A DNA stretch of 64,000 bases, from the NCBI GenBank assembly GCA_016186495.1, contig JACPLO010000001.1:11907-75906 (forward strand), in the 5' to 3' direction. The position numbers were made by a program, and so were the translations under genes. The DNA is from Candidatus Niyogibacteria bacterium (GTDB taxonomy: Bacteria; Patescibacteriota; Minisyncoccia; JACROR01). The notes under the pieces are model-generated. The model was given only the letters and a program-made list of their open reading frames with translations, made no database searches and had not been told where the DNA came from. Below are positions 46,845-57,026 of the stretch, piece by piece (positions within the stretch are counted from its first letter, which is position 1; each line of letters opens with the position of its first letter).

Positions 46845-48641
46845 ATGAAAATTAAAGATTATTTTAAAAATCATTATTTAGCCATTTTTTTTGCAGTATT
46901 AGTCGGTTTTATTTATCTGGCGCCGAATTTATTTTTTGTTTTATCTTTAGGCGGCGATTATCAGGGCATCCCGATCATGCGGACCGCCAACGAAGATTAT
47001 TATTTGGCGAGGATTCAGGAAATTTTAGACGGGCATTTCTTGGTGGCTTCCCATGGGTTTTATGAGTACAAAGATCAGCTTCCGACAGCGCCGCCGGTGG
47101 GGGAATTTTTCTATGCCTTGCCCGCTCTGCTTTTCGGCGTATCGCCGGCCAATGTTTTGATGGCGAGCCGATTTATTTTGCCGTTCATTCTATTTCTTTT
47201 GGTTTATTTTTTAATGCGGAAGCTGACTGGCGATGCGGAAATTTTTTCAAATAAAATCAATGCCGTCGCGGGGGCGCTTTTTGTAACTTTAGGGTATGAT
47301 CTTGCGGATTTTCGCGGAATTTTTAAGTTTTTATCCGGAGGAGATTTTATCGGTTCTAATTTTTTAATGTGGGCGCGTCCGGTCAATCCGATTTTAGGAG
47401 CGATTTTTTTGTTTTCTTTTCTGATTTTGATTTGGAAAATAATTGAACAATCAGGACGGCGGGCGATAAATATATTCGGCGCGTCTATTTTTTTAGCTTT
47501 AATGATAGGCAGTTATTTTTTCAGCTGGGGTATTGCTTTGTCGGTTACGGCAATGCTCATTCTTATTTATTTTTTGAGGAAAGAATATAAGGCGGCAAAA
47601 AATTTGATATTTGTTCTTTTGTCGGCCTTCGTATTTTCCGCGCCTTATTGGTATTTGATGTGGCGGTCCAGCCAAAGTCCGTGGTATGAAGAATCTCTTT
47701 TAAGAAGCGGAATGTTTTATACGCATTATCCGCTTTTAAATAAAATTATGCTGGCGGTTTTGGCCGTGTATATTCTTATGTTATTTTTTGAAAGTTGGAA
47801 ATGCAAAAAATCCAACATGGTTTTTCAGTTTAAAAATTGGCATATATTTTGCTTAGCGTTTATTTTGGGGTCTTTGTGGGTCTATAGTCAGCAGATTGTC
47901 ACGGGACGCACGGTCTGGCCGTATCATTTTCCGCAGTACACCATACCTCTGGCGATGATTGTTCTGATAACCCTTTTTTATAATATTTTAAAGAAAGAGT
48001 CGGCATATTTATGGAGAGCTGGAATTTTTATTATAGTATTTTTTTCTTTGGCAATCGGTATATATACTCAAGCGTATGTTTATCAAAAGTTTTTTTATGA
48101 ATATGCGGCAAGGCAGTCTTACGTAGAGATTTTTAATTGGCTCAATAGCCGGAAAAAGGATTGCGTTGTGTTAGTCAGGCAAAATGGAAGAGAGGCGTCT
48201 AAAATAGAAGGTCTTATTCCCGCCTTTACTCATTGCAATGTTTATGCTTCCTCATGGATTTATACTCTTATGCCGAGCGATCGCCCGCAATTTAATTATA
48301 TGGTGATTTTGCGTTTGAACGGGATAACGGGCGAGGAAATAGACCGGTATATGGCGGAGCATAAAGGGCAAGAAAATGGCTATCTTTTTTCCAATTGGAA
48401 GGGACTTTATGGCGTAAAAGATTTCCCTGATTTTTCAGATTCGCTTTTGGCGGAACAATCCAAACAATTTTCGGAAAATTACAAAGCGTTTATGAAAAAA
48501 GATTTTAGAGCAGAGCTTGAAAGATATAAGATTGATTACATTCTTTCTCTTGGCCCGCTGGATGAATTAATGTCTTCTTCCTTGCGTGACGTCCATGAAA
48601 TTTTTAAGATGAAAAATGTTTTTATATACTCTTTTAATTAA
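46845..48641 (+). CDS. Polytopic membrane protein, possible GT-C transferase
   Basis: NEDYY acidic first loop, about 12 hydrophobic segments. Confidence 0.6.
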   Translation: MKIKDYFKNHYLAIFFAVLVGFIYLAPNLFFVLSLGGDYQGIPIMRTANEDYYLARIQEILDGHFLVASHGFYEYKDQLPTAPPVGEFFYALPALLFGVSPANVLMASRFILPFILFLLVYFLMRKLTGDAEIFSNKINAVAGALFVTLGYDLADFRGIFKFLSGGDFIGSNFLMWARPVNPILGAIFLFSFLILIWKIIEQSGRRAINIFGASIFLALMIGSYFFSWGIALSVTAMLILIYFLRKEYKAAKNLIFVLLSAFVFSAPYWYLMWRSSQSPWYEESLLRSGMFYTHYPLLNKIMLAVLAVYILMLFFESWKCKKSNMVFQFKNWHIFCLAFILGSLWVYSQQIVTGRTVWPYHFPQYTIPLAMIVLITLFYNILKKESAYLWRAGIFIIVFFSLAIGIYTQAYVYQKFFYEYAARQSYVEIFNWLNSRKKDCVVLVRQNGREASKIEGLIPAFTHCNVYASSWIYTLMPSDRPQFNYMVILRLNGITGEEIDRYMAEHKGQENGYLFSNWKGLYGVKDFPDFSDSLLAEQSKQFSENYKAFMKKDFRAELERYKIDYILSLGPLDELMSSSLRDVHEIFKMKNVFIYSFN

Positions 48642-48672
48642 TATTTAAATGATTTTAGTCAAACTTTTTTTA

Positions 48673-49917
48673 TTATACGATTCTTGGTTTAGGCAGAGGA
48701 ATAATAAATTTACCTTTATAGCCTTGCGTTCTTAATTTTTGCGTGAGTTCTTCTCCGATATGCCAAGCAAGGATAAGCGCATATTCGGGTTGGTCTTCAA
48801 AAAGTTGCTTTTCCTCAATTACCGGTATATGCGTTCCCGGAGTAAAAAGGCCGATTTTTGGCGACCCTTTTTTTTCACAGATATAATCCAGTATATCTTT
48901 ATTTATTTTTGCAAACCCCATCAGTATATTTGATCGTGCGGAAGAACCGATAGCCGCGATCCGGCCTTTTTTCTTACAATTAATTAGTAAAGATAAGAGA
49001 TCATATTTTGCAGTTTTTGCTTGTTCTGAGAATTTTTTTAATCTTTTGATATCATATAGCCCTGCTTTTTTCTCAGCCGTAATTAATTCAACTACGCGCT
49101 TGCCGGGCGTTCGTTTTCCTTTCATGGCATATGCCCGGATTGATCCTCCGGCTGCCGGTATTATTTCAGCGTCTATCAAAGTAAAGCCAGCCCGTGAAAA
49201 TAGATATGCCAGAGGTTTTAAGGAATAAAAGCGAAGATGTTCGTGATAAATACAATCAAAAGCGCCTTTTTCAATAGTATTTAGAAGGTATTGAGATTCG
49301 GAAACAAAAACACCTTTGTTGCTTAAAAGATGCTTAACGCCTTGAAGCAGATCAAAGAGCTCGTTAACATGGGCAAAGGCGTTTGTCATAGTAATAATTT
49401 TTGCCTTTCCTTTTTTTATGACTATGTTTTTTGCCACCTCTTTGTTAAAGAATTTTTGAATCGTAGGGATACCGTTTTTTATAGCGATTTTTGCAACATT
49501 AGTAGGTTCAACCCCCAGTACCCGCATGCCATTTTTTTTAAATCCTTTTAGAAGAGTTCCGTCATTTGAACCTATATCAACAATAAGATCATCGCTTTTT
49601 AATTTATAATTTTTGATTAATAATTCCGCCAAAGAGCAGAAATTTTTTATAAGCATATTGGTCATTCCTGTCTGATAAGGATAAGCTTTATGGAAGGCGG
49701 TTTGAGGTTCAACAATGTAATCAAGTTGCAGTAAGCCGCATTTTGCGCAACGGCAAAAATTAAGCGGATAGGTCATTTCCGATTTTTGAAGTTCTTCTTT
49801 GCTAAGGTAAGAAGAAACAAGCGCTTGATGGCCAAGAGAAAGAATATTTTCCAGTTTGTTGTCAGAGCATATTTGGCACTTTTTTATTGCGCCGATTAAA
49901 GCAGTTTGTTTTTTCAT
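48673..49917 (-). CDS. NDP-hexose C-methyltransferase
   Basis: CQIC...CAKCGLLQL, DIGSNDG, IYHEH, LILAW, GKFIIPLP. Confidence 0.9.
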   Translation of the reverse strand: MKKQTALIGAIKKCQICSDNKLENILSLGHQALVSSYLSKEELQKSEMTYPLNFCRCAKCGLLQLDYIVEPQTAFHKAYPYQTGMTNMLIKNFCSLAELLIKNYKLKSDDLIVDIGSNDGTLLKGFKKNGMRVLGVEPTNVAKIAIKNGIPTIQKFFNKEVAKNIVIKKGKAKIITMTNAFAHVNELFDLLQGVKHLLSNKGVFVSESQYLLNTIEKGAFDCIYHEHLRFYSLKPLAYLFSRAGFTLIDAEIIPAAGGSIRAYAMKGKRTPGKRVVELITAEKKAGLYDIKRLKKFSEQAKTAKYDLLSLLINCKKKGRIAAIGSSARSNILMGFAKINKDILDYICEKKGSPKIGLFTPGTHIPVIEEKQLFEDQPEYALILAWHIGEELTQKLRTQGYKGKFIIPLPKPRIV

Positions 49918-50103
49918 AGCGTAAAGTAATTAATATTGATATTGATTTTTACTATATTTATAATGTTAATTTTTTAACGCTTACTTTGTCAATGTTTGTT
50001 AATCGGCAATGTCTGCGGACATTATCCATTTAACTTGAATTTTAAATAAAAATACACTATGATAAATAAAATCTTAAATTAAAGCTTTTAAGGATTAGAA
50101 TAT

Positions 50104-51171
50104 ATGGTAAAAAAAGCGCTTATTACGGGTATCACTGGCCAGGACGGATCGTATTTGGCGGAATTTTTGCTGGAAAAAGGATACGAAGTTTACGGTATTC
50201 AGAGGCGAGCGAGTATGTCAAATACCCAGCGTATTGATCATATTTTGCATTCCAATCTGTTTATTATGTACGGCGATTTGTCAGACGCTTCTAATTTGAC
50301 GCGCATTTTGCATAAGGTTCAGCCGGATGAAATTTATAATCTTGCCGCTCAGAGCCATGTCAGAGTAAGTTACGATAAGCCGGAGTATACGGTAAATATC
50401 AACGCGTTGGGACCACTCCGTATTTTAGAGACAATTCGCACGCTGGGTTTGCCTGCTAAATATTATCAAGCAAGTTCGTCCGAGATGTTCGGAAAAGTTT
50501 TAGCCACCCCGCAGAATGAAAAGACGCAATTTAATCCCCAGTCGCCATACGGCCTGTCTAAGGTTTTTGCTTTTTATATTACGAAAATTTTTCGCGAGGG
50601 TTACGGCATATTTGCTTCCAACGGCATACTTTTTAATCATGAATCTCCGCGCCGAGGATTTAATTTCGTAACGCGAAAAATTACTTTAGGGCTTTCTAGG
50701 GTAAAGCTTGGTTTACAGCCGATTCTTAAATTGGGCAATATGGATGCGAAGCGCGATTGGGGCCATTCTAAAGATTATGTGGAAGCAATATGGAGGATTT
50801 TGCAGCATGACAAACCGGATGATTTTGTGATCGCGACTGGCGAAAATCACACTGTAAGGGAATTTGTGGAGGAGGTGGCTAAACATTTAGAAATGAATAT
50901 TGAATGGACAGGCAGCGGATTAAAAGAAAAGGGTGTTGATAAGAAAACCGGCAAAATTATTATTGAAATAGACCAAGAGCATTTTAGGCCGAATGAAGTT
51001 GATTTATTGCTGGGTGATTCTGCTAAGGCGCGCCAGATTTTAGGGTGGCAGCCAAAAGTGACTTTCAGCGAGTTGGCGCGGATAATGGCAAAAGAAGATT
51101 TTGATTATGCAAATCGTGAGGCGCGATTAAAAAGTCCGATTGGAAACAAGCATAGATTTCATATTGCATGA
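50104..51171 (+). CDS. gmd: GDP-mannose 4,6-dehydratase
   Basis: [32 protein letters not shown]. Confidence 0.96.
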   Translation: MVKKALITGITGQDGSYLAEFLLEKGYEVYGIQRRASMSNTQRIDHILHSNLFIMYGDLSDASNLTRILHKVQPDEIYNLAAQSHVRVSYDKPEYTVNINALGPLRILETIRTLGLPAKYYQASSSEMFGKVLATPQNEKTQFNPQSPYGLSKVFAFYITKIFREGYGIFASNGILFNHESPRRGFNFVTRKITLGLSRVKLGLQPILKLGNMDAKRDWGHSKDYVEAIWRILQHDKPDDFVIATGENHTVREFVEEVAKHLEMNIEWTGSGLKEKGVDKKTGKIIIEIDQEHFRPNEVDLLLGDSAKARQILGWQPKVTFSELARIMAKEDFDYANREARLKSPIGNKHRFHIA

Positions 51172-51569
51172 TTGCAAATAGTGCCGGATTAGATAAAATT
51201 TTTTATAAAAATATTTTATTTGGAATTTGTTTAAAGAATTTTTCTCAAGGTTCTGTTCCTATAACTGGAGAAATGGAATCTTTACAATTACTTACTTTAA
51301 AATACAAAAAAGGGTATTTGATTAAGCCGCATACGCATGCCTTCAAAAAAAGAATGACTAAAACGCTGCAAGAATGTTTAGTGGTAAAAAAAGGAAAGAT
51401 CAGGGTGGATTTTTATGCGCCGGATAAAAAAATCTTTAAATATATTTATGTTAAAGCGGGCGAAGCCTTGATTATATTGCGGGGAGGCTATGGCGTCCGC
51501 GTTATGCAAAACGCGGAAATATTTGAGTTGAAGAACGGCCCGTTTAAAGAAGATAAAATGCTAATATAA
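51168..51569 (+). CDS. Cupin-fold hypothetical protein
   Basis: PHTH...QECL...G.I...GGYG...ELKNGP. Confidence 0.65.
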   Translation: MIANSAGLDKIFYKNILFGICLKNFSQGSVPITGEMESLQLLTLKYKKGYLIKPHTHAFKKRMTKTLQECLVVKKGKIRVDFYAPDKKIFKYIYVKAGEALIILRGGYGVRVMQNAEIFELKNGPFKEDKMLI

Positions 51570-51574
51570 ACATT

Positions 51575-52678
51575 TTATCTTTCGGCATAAAACTCCCGTA
51601 TATATTTAGAAACAGTTAAAATATCTTTATTAGATAAAGTAAATGCTGAAGGCAGCCATATAGATTTTGAGCACAATTTTGTACTGTTGGGAAATTGGCT
51701 ATCCGGCAAACGATAAGGAGGTTGAGTATGGAGCGGCTGCGAGTATGGCCTGCAAAAAACATTTTTTGCTTTAAGAAATTCATTTAAGGCATCTCTGTTT
51801 TCTACGATAGCATCCGTCCACTGGGGTATTTCACCCCGATTGACGCCTGTTTTATACATTGTTACTCTTTTTACATTTTTTAAATTATCCGCATATAATC
51901 TATAGATTTTTTTCATGCGCTGGATCCTTTTATTAAGATAACAGAGTTGTCCGAGTCCCAAGGCCGCCTGAATATCTGTAAATTTAAAGTTGTATCCGAT
52001 AATATTATGCCGGCGATCATCTTGCGCTCCTCCGAATGGCCGGCCTTGATTTTTTAGTTCTTTGATGCGTTGATATAAAGTTTTATTATTAGTTACTATC
52101 ATCCCTCCTTGGCCTGTTGTGATCGTTTTATTTGGTGAAAAAGAAAAGCAACCCGCATCGCCAATGGCGCCTAAATAGCGGCCATTATATTGTGACATAA
52201 AACTTTCTGCCGCATCCTCTACGACATATATATTATATTTTTTTGCAATCGCAAGCATTGATTTCATGTTAGCGGCTCTTCCGGTCATGTGCACGGGAAT
52301 AATCGCTTTGGTTCTCGGAGTGATGGCATGTTGCGCGCTCTTGCTGTTGATATTCGCAGTTTCGGGATCAATATCAACAAGTATTGGTTTAGCGCCTGTC
52401 AGATGAACGGCATTCGCGGTCGCAATGAAAGTAAAGTCCGGGACGATCACTTCGTCTCCATGTCCTATATTTAAACCTTTTAGCACCAAGAAGAGGGCGG
52501 TTGTCCCGCTCGTAGTGGCTACCGCATAAGATACGTTTAATAATTGAGCTACTTTTTGTTCAAATTTATAAGTCAGAGGGCCTTCATTGATAAAATTTGT
52601 ATCAAGCACTTTTTTAATTAATTTACGTTCTTGATTGCCGATTTGAGGCATCCACCAGGGAATTTTTTTGTTTTTCAT
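51575..52678 (-). CDS. DegT/DnrJ/EryC1/StrS (perosamine synthase-like) aminotransferase
   Basis: SGTTAL, EDAAES, FSFSPNKTITTGQGG. Confidence 0.92.
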   Translation of the reverse strand: MKNKKIPWWMPQIGNQERKLIKKVLDTNFINEGPLTYKFEQKVAQLLNVSYAVATTSGTTALFLVLKGLNIGHGDEVIVPDFTFIATANAVHLTGAKPILVDIDPETANINSKSAQHAITPRTKAIIPVHMTGRAANMKSMLAIAKKYNIYVVEDAAESFMSQYNGRYLGAIGDAGCFSFSPNKTITTGQGGMIVTNNKTLYQRIKELKNQGRPFGGAQDDRRHNIIGYNFKFTDIQAALGLGQLCYLNKRIQRMKKIYRLYADNLKNVKRVTMYKTGVNRGEIPQWTDAIVENRDALNEFLKAKNVFCRPYSQPLHTQPPYRLPDSQFPNSTKLCSKSIWLPSAFTLSNKDILTVSKYIREFYAER

Positions 52679-52847
52679 ATACGTTTGATTATTTTTGGTT
52701 TCAGTAATGACATTATGAATTTGTCTTTAAATAATTTTTAAGATAGCATTTTCGTTGGTATATGACAAACTTGTTATTGTAATTATTTTAATTGTTGTTT
52801 ATTATAAATTATGTTCTTTTATGATTAATGTTAAGGGAGGGTATATT

Positions 52848-53420
52848 GTGAGCACAAATCATAATAAATTAAATTCACCGCAATACGACAAGTCTTTGTT
52901 GAAATTTGTGGGCGAAGACGTATTTATTAGCGTTAATGTGGAAATTCGCAGACCTCAATTGGTATCCATAGGAAATCATGCAGCGATTGATACGGGATTT
53001 TATCTTACTGCGCAAGCGGATATTGGCAGTTATTTACACATAGGTCCTTATGTAAGCATTATTGGCGGCGCTAAAGGATTTTTCAAGATGGGTAGCTTCA
53101 CTAATATAGCGGTTGGCAGCAGAATTATCTGCGCTTCAGATACCTTTACTGGAGAAGGACTAATCACCGCTCCCGGCATACCGGAGGAGTTAACTAAATT
53201 AAAAATCAAGCCGGTGATTTTTGAAAATTTTGTAAATGTGGGGGCGAATGCGGTTATAATGCCGGGTGTAACGCTAAGAGAAGGTTCAGTTATCGGGGCA
53301 TGTTCATTGGTGATTAAAGATACTGAACCATGGACAATATACGCCGGCATTCCGGCAAAACCAATTAAAAAAAGACCCAAGGAAAAAATGTTGCAATATG
53401 CGAAAAAATTAGGATACTAA
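52848..53420 (+). CDS. Hexapeptide-repeat acyltransferase
   Basis: VGANAVIMPGVTL...IGACSLV, YAGIPAK; in-frame GTG at 52848 follows SD AAGGGAGG. Confidence 0.85.
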   Translation: MSTNHNKLNSPQYDKSLLKFVGEDVFISVNVEIRRPQLVSIGNHAAIDTGFYLTAQADIGSYLHIGPYVSIIGGAKGFFKMGSFTNIAVGSRIICASDTFTGEGLITAPGIPEELTKLKIKPVIFENFVNVGANAVIMPGVTLREGSVIGACSLVIKDTEPWTIYAGIPAKPIKKRPKEKMLQYAKKLGY

Positions 53421-53430
53421 CCTGATTCTT

Positions 53431-53457
53431 AAACAGCCGTAAAGCGGCTGTTTTTTT
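53431..53457 (+). terminator. Intrinsic terminator
   Basis: AAACAGCCG-TAAAG-CGGCTGTTT plus T-run. Confidence 0.7.
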
Positions 53458-53528
53458 GTTTGCGCAATTTTTTTAATTTGGCTTGCAATGCAGTTGATTA
53501 TACGGCTTAGAAGCATTATATTTATTTT

Positions 53529-54722
53529 ATGAAAATTGTTTTTATTACCTCTAAATTAAATTTTACTGGAGCGGGAGGTTCGGTTGAGGAGATTGATATT
53601 ATTGCCAGAACTTTAATGAAGCTGGGAAATGAGGTCGTGGTGATCACTGCCTTTTCGCATTTCAATGATATTAACCAAATTCTGCCATATAAGGTCGTTG
53701 AAGAACGGATTTCGTCAGGCCGTATGCTGGGCATTCAGAGGGGCGTTTTTGAGCTTTTAAAAAAATATGAAGATCAGGCGGATTTTTTTCATGTTGACCA
53801 CCTCTTTTTATATGGGGCGGGATTTTATCGGAGGATTGGCGGTAAGATTCCGATCGTTTTGTTGTTTAATCAGTTTATGACCTGTTTGCCCGATATTGCT
53901 CCCACGCTTTTTCCCAGAAAGAAAAGTTTTTTTGTCAGGTTAAAACAAAAAATCCGTTTTTATGTTGAAAAATATATTGGCGTGCCGATAGCTAACGGCA
54001 TTGATATTTTTGCGATAGTCAGCCCGCCGCTCAAAAAAATGTACGAAGATTTTGGCATACGAGGACGGCTTTGCAACATTGTGTTGGGCGATCCGACTGA
54101 TTTTCGGCAAATTATGACAGAGGGCGGGACAGAAAAAGATTCATATATTAAGAGAAATAAGCGCCAAGGCTCTTTTATCATTTTTTATTCCAGCAGAATG
54201 GTTTCGGGTAAAGGATTTGATTTGCTTTTAGACGGATTTTCAAAAGTGAAAAATAAAGATAATTTCAGGTTGATTTTGGGCGGTTCCGGTCCGGAAGAGA
54301 AAATAATTCATAAGATGGCGTTTGATTTAAATCTTGAAAAATACGTCACTTTTCCCGGCTGGGTCTCCAGAAAACAACTTTTTAGCTATTATAAGAATGC
54401 CGATATATTTATTCAGGTTGGATGGAGGCCGGAAGGGACATCAATTTCTTTGCAATATGCTATGGCTTTTGGGATTCCTTCAATATTGCCCGGCGGAGGA
54501 GGGCTTGAATGGGTCGCGAAAGACAGCGCGATTTATGTAAAGAACGGCGATCCTTATGATTTGGCGGAGAAGATAGAAAAGCTCGCCGGTGATTATGATT
54601 TAAGAGCAACACTTTCGCGTAATTGTTATAGGCGCATATCGGATGACGAAATGAATTATGAGATGAATATAAGAAGATTATTTGAAAAAATGAAAGAGCT
54701 CGTGAATTTAAAAACCCCATAA
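53529..54722 (+). CDS. Glycosyltransferase family 4
   Basis: SRMVSGKG, GSGPE, AMAFGIP. Confidence 0.85.
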   Translation: MKIVFITSKLNFTGAGGSVEEIDIIARTLMKLGNEVVVITAFSHFNDINQILPYKVVEERISSGRMLGIQRGVFELLKKYEDQADFFHVDHLFLYGAGFYRRIGGKIPIVLLFNQFMTCLPDIAPTLFPRKKSFFVRLKQKIRFYVEKYIGVPIANGIDIFAIVSPPLKKMYEDFGIRGRLCNIVLGDPTDFRQIMTEGGTEKDSYIKRNKRQGSFIIFYSSRMVSGKGFDLLLDGFSKVKNKDNFRLILGGSGPEEKIIHKMAFDLNLEKYVTFPGWVSRKQLFSYYKNADIFIQVGWRPEGTSISLQYAMAFGIPSILPGGGGLEWVAKDSAIYVKNGDPYDLAEKIEKLAGDYDLRATLSRNCYRRISDDEMNYEMNIRRLFEKMKELVNLKTP

Positions 54723-54748
54723 TAAATATTTATTATGGGGTTTTTTTT
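54710..54748. terminator. Bidirectional terminator between convergent genes
   Basis: AAAAACCCCATAATAAAT-ATTTATTATGGGGTTTTT palindrome. Confidence 0.7.
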
Positions 54749-54767
54749 ATATTTTAATTTATTTAGA

Positions 54768-56792
54768 TTAAATTGGTTTAAATTCAGCCCAAAACGGACT
54801 AAACCCTTTAGCATCATAATCGGTGAATATCTTGCTGACGACAAAAAAAAGATCATCGCCGTACAGATTTTTACCGTTTTTAATAATTTCAGCCACTTTT
54901 TGCTTGTTATAAACGACTTCATAACATACAAATCCGGCGTAAGATGTTAATGGTTTTACGCCTTTGTTTTTGTACCAGGCGCTTACATCATAAGCCAGAC
55001 TTAGGTTGTTTTTGGTTGGTTCGTTCCGCACAACGGCGTTTATATCCCGGCCAACCATTGCCCATTTTTTAGCAGAGTCAAGGGAGTTTTTTACTTCCGC
55101 GGTGATTTTATGCGCGCCAACTTTTGCGATAACATCATACGCCAGCTCAAAAGTTTCCGCGCATCTTTCAAGAATAATTTTCGTTTTATGCTTTCTTATA
55201 AGATTGTCCCCCAGTTTTCCGGAAAGCAATTTTTCATAATTTTCCGATTTTGAAAAATACTCATAAAGTTCTTTTTTGGAATCCCAAAGTTCTTCTTTAG
55301 TTTCCCGGATGTATTCATAATAGGCCGCAGACAGTTCAGTATCGCCTGATTTGGCTATTTTCCAAAAACGGATCAAATAGTCATAGGTGTTGATTTCCAA
55401 TTCTTTGAGGTGGCGATGGATGATGTCAAATTGGTCGTGGGATAATAAGGCTGAAATCAGTCCGAAACCGCGGCATTCCAAATATTCCTCAAAAGACAAA
55501 GTATTCGTTTCAATGCAGACTTCTTCGGTTTCAAAGCACTTTTGCCCCGCGTAAGCGCCAAATTGCCTTGGGATGAGGCGGTATTTTGTTTTCATCGCGT
55601 AAGCTTTTCTGGATTCTTGGGAGGCAAGCGGAGTTCCTTTCAGCATCATCGTGGTATAGGGCACGATATGGTCCACTTTTGCGTTTAAAAATGTTTTGAT
55701 TCCTTCAAAAAAAGAAGATTTTGTTTCTTTTGGCATTGGCACAATAAGTTCGGAGCCGAATGGCAGGCCGAGTTCTTGAATGCGGCGTCCGAATGCCAGA
55801 TATTTTTCCAGTGAAATATTTTGTCTTTTAATGATTTCTAATGTTTCCGGATTGGTTGATTGTAAGGATCCTCCGATCGGCATCTTGTTTTGCAGAATGG
55901 AGGATATGCGAAGCACTCTGTTATGGTTGGTTTTGCTGGTTGTGACATCAAAAGCGTTAGGCCAGCCAAACATGTTTTGTAAATCGCGAATATGCTTTGC
56001 TATTTCTTCGTCCCGAGGGAGTATTCCGAAATTGGAATCGTATATCGCTAACAGCGTATTGGAATATGGCTGCATTTTTCGCGCAATATAGTTAAGCTCC
56101 GTTTTTATTCTTTCTATGCTGAATTTTGCGATAGGAGAATACCAAGCCTGCGATGCCTTGCAAAAGGCGCAGGTAAACGGGCATCCTTTGGCGGTCAGCA
56201 AAGAAGGAGCATAATGTCCGTCAAACCATTTATCCATCATGCCGCTTAAATAAGGGGATGGTATTTGATCCAGGTCCATTATGCGCGGAATCGGTCCACC
56301 GACAATTAAATTGCCGGCCGCGCTAATTGACATTATGCCTTTTTGCGCGCGGTTTTTTAAGTCGGGAAGTTTTTCTCTTGCGATGATTTTTCGGATTAAT
56401 TCCGTAAAAGCGATTTCACCCTCTTGATAGGCATAGAAATCAATATTTTTTCTGCTTGAAAGATAATCTTCGCATTCTTTGTTTTCGCGCGGGAATTCCG
56501 GTCCGCCGGCAATGCAAAAGATATTCGGATTAATTTTTTTCGCATAGCCGAAAACTAAATGAGACAGTTCCGCGTTCCAGCAGTAATTGGAGAGCGCGAT
56601 TATATCCGGATGCCATGCCTTTATATCTTTTAAGATGGCGTTAGCATCAACATAAAAATGAAGTTCAATATCATTATGATCAGGCACATTAGCCAGCATA
56701 TATGAAGCGATGTAGCTTATGCCAAGCGGCATAAAACTTGAATGTATGCCGGCGGTTTTGTGTTTAAGGTCGCCCATTGCGATTTTCAGCAT
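54768..56792 (-). CDS. B12-binding domain radical SAM protein
   Basis: PLGISYIAS, SNYCWN, GGPE, EGE, PSPY, GCPFTCAFC, DSNFG. Confidence 0.88.
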   Translation of the reverse strand: MLKIAMGDLKHKTAGIHSSFMPLGISYIASYMLANVPDHNDIELHFYVDANAILKDIKAWHPDIIALSNYCWNAELSHLVFGYAKKINPNIFCIAGGPEFPRENKECEDYLSSRKNIDFYAYQEGEIAFTELIRKIIAREKLPDLKNRAQKGIMSISAAGNLIVGGPIPRIMDLDQIPSPYLSGMMDKWFDGHYAPSLLTAKGCPFTCAFCKASQAWYSPIAKFSIERIKTELNYIARKMQPYSNTLLAIYDSNFGILPRDEEIAKHIRDLQNMFGWPNAFDVTTSKTNHNRVLRISSILQNKMPIGGSLQSTNPETLEIIKRQNISLEKYLAFGRRIQELGLPFGSELIVPMPKETKSSFFEGIKTFLNAKVDHIVPYTTMMLKGTPLASQESRKAYAMKTKYRLIPRQFGAYAGQKCFETEEVCIETNTLSFEEYLECRGFGLISALLSHDQFDIIHRHLKELEINTYDYLIRFWKIAKSGDTELSAAYYEYIRETKEELWDSKKELYEYFSKSENYEKLLSGKLGDNLIRKHKTKIILERCAETFELAYDVIAKVGAHKITAEVKNSLDSAKKWAMVGRDINAVVRNEPTKNNLSLAYDVSAWYKNKGVKPLTSYAGFVCYEVVYNKQKVAEIIKNGKNLYGDDLFFVVSKIFTDYDAKGFSPFWAEFKPI

Positions 56793-56975
56793 TTTTTCTC
56801 CTTTCGTTTTTTGATTTTTAAAGTCCTTAATTTTAAATAATTCATAGCATAAAAAATGCGCGGTGACAATATTTCGTCAAGAAGGAAATAGTGGAAATGA
56901 GTGTGAAGATGAACGAAATACATACCGAATTTTAACATAATTCGTTGCGGTGTGAAAAAAATACCTAAAATAAAT

Positions 56976-57021
56976 AAAAAGAGGGGTTGAGTTTTTAAAT
57001 CTGAATAACTCAACCCCTTTT
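56976..57021 (-). terminator. Terminator after the SPFH gene
   Basis: AGGGGTTGAGTT / AACTCAACCCCT stem with A/T tails. Confidence 0.65.
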
Positions 57022-57026
57022 ATTTA

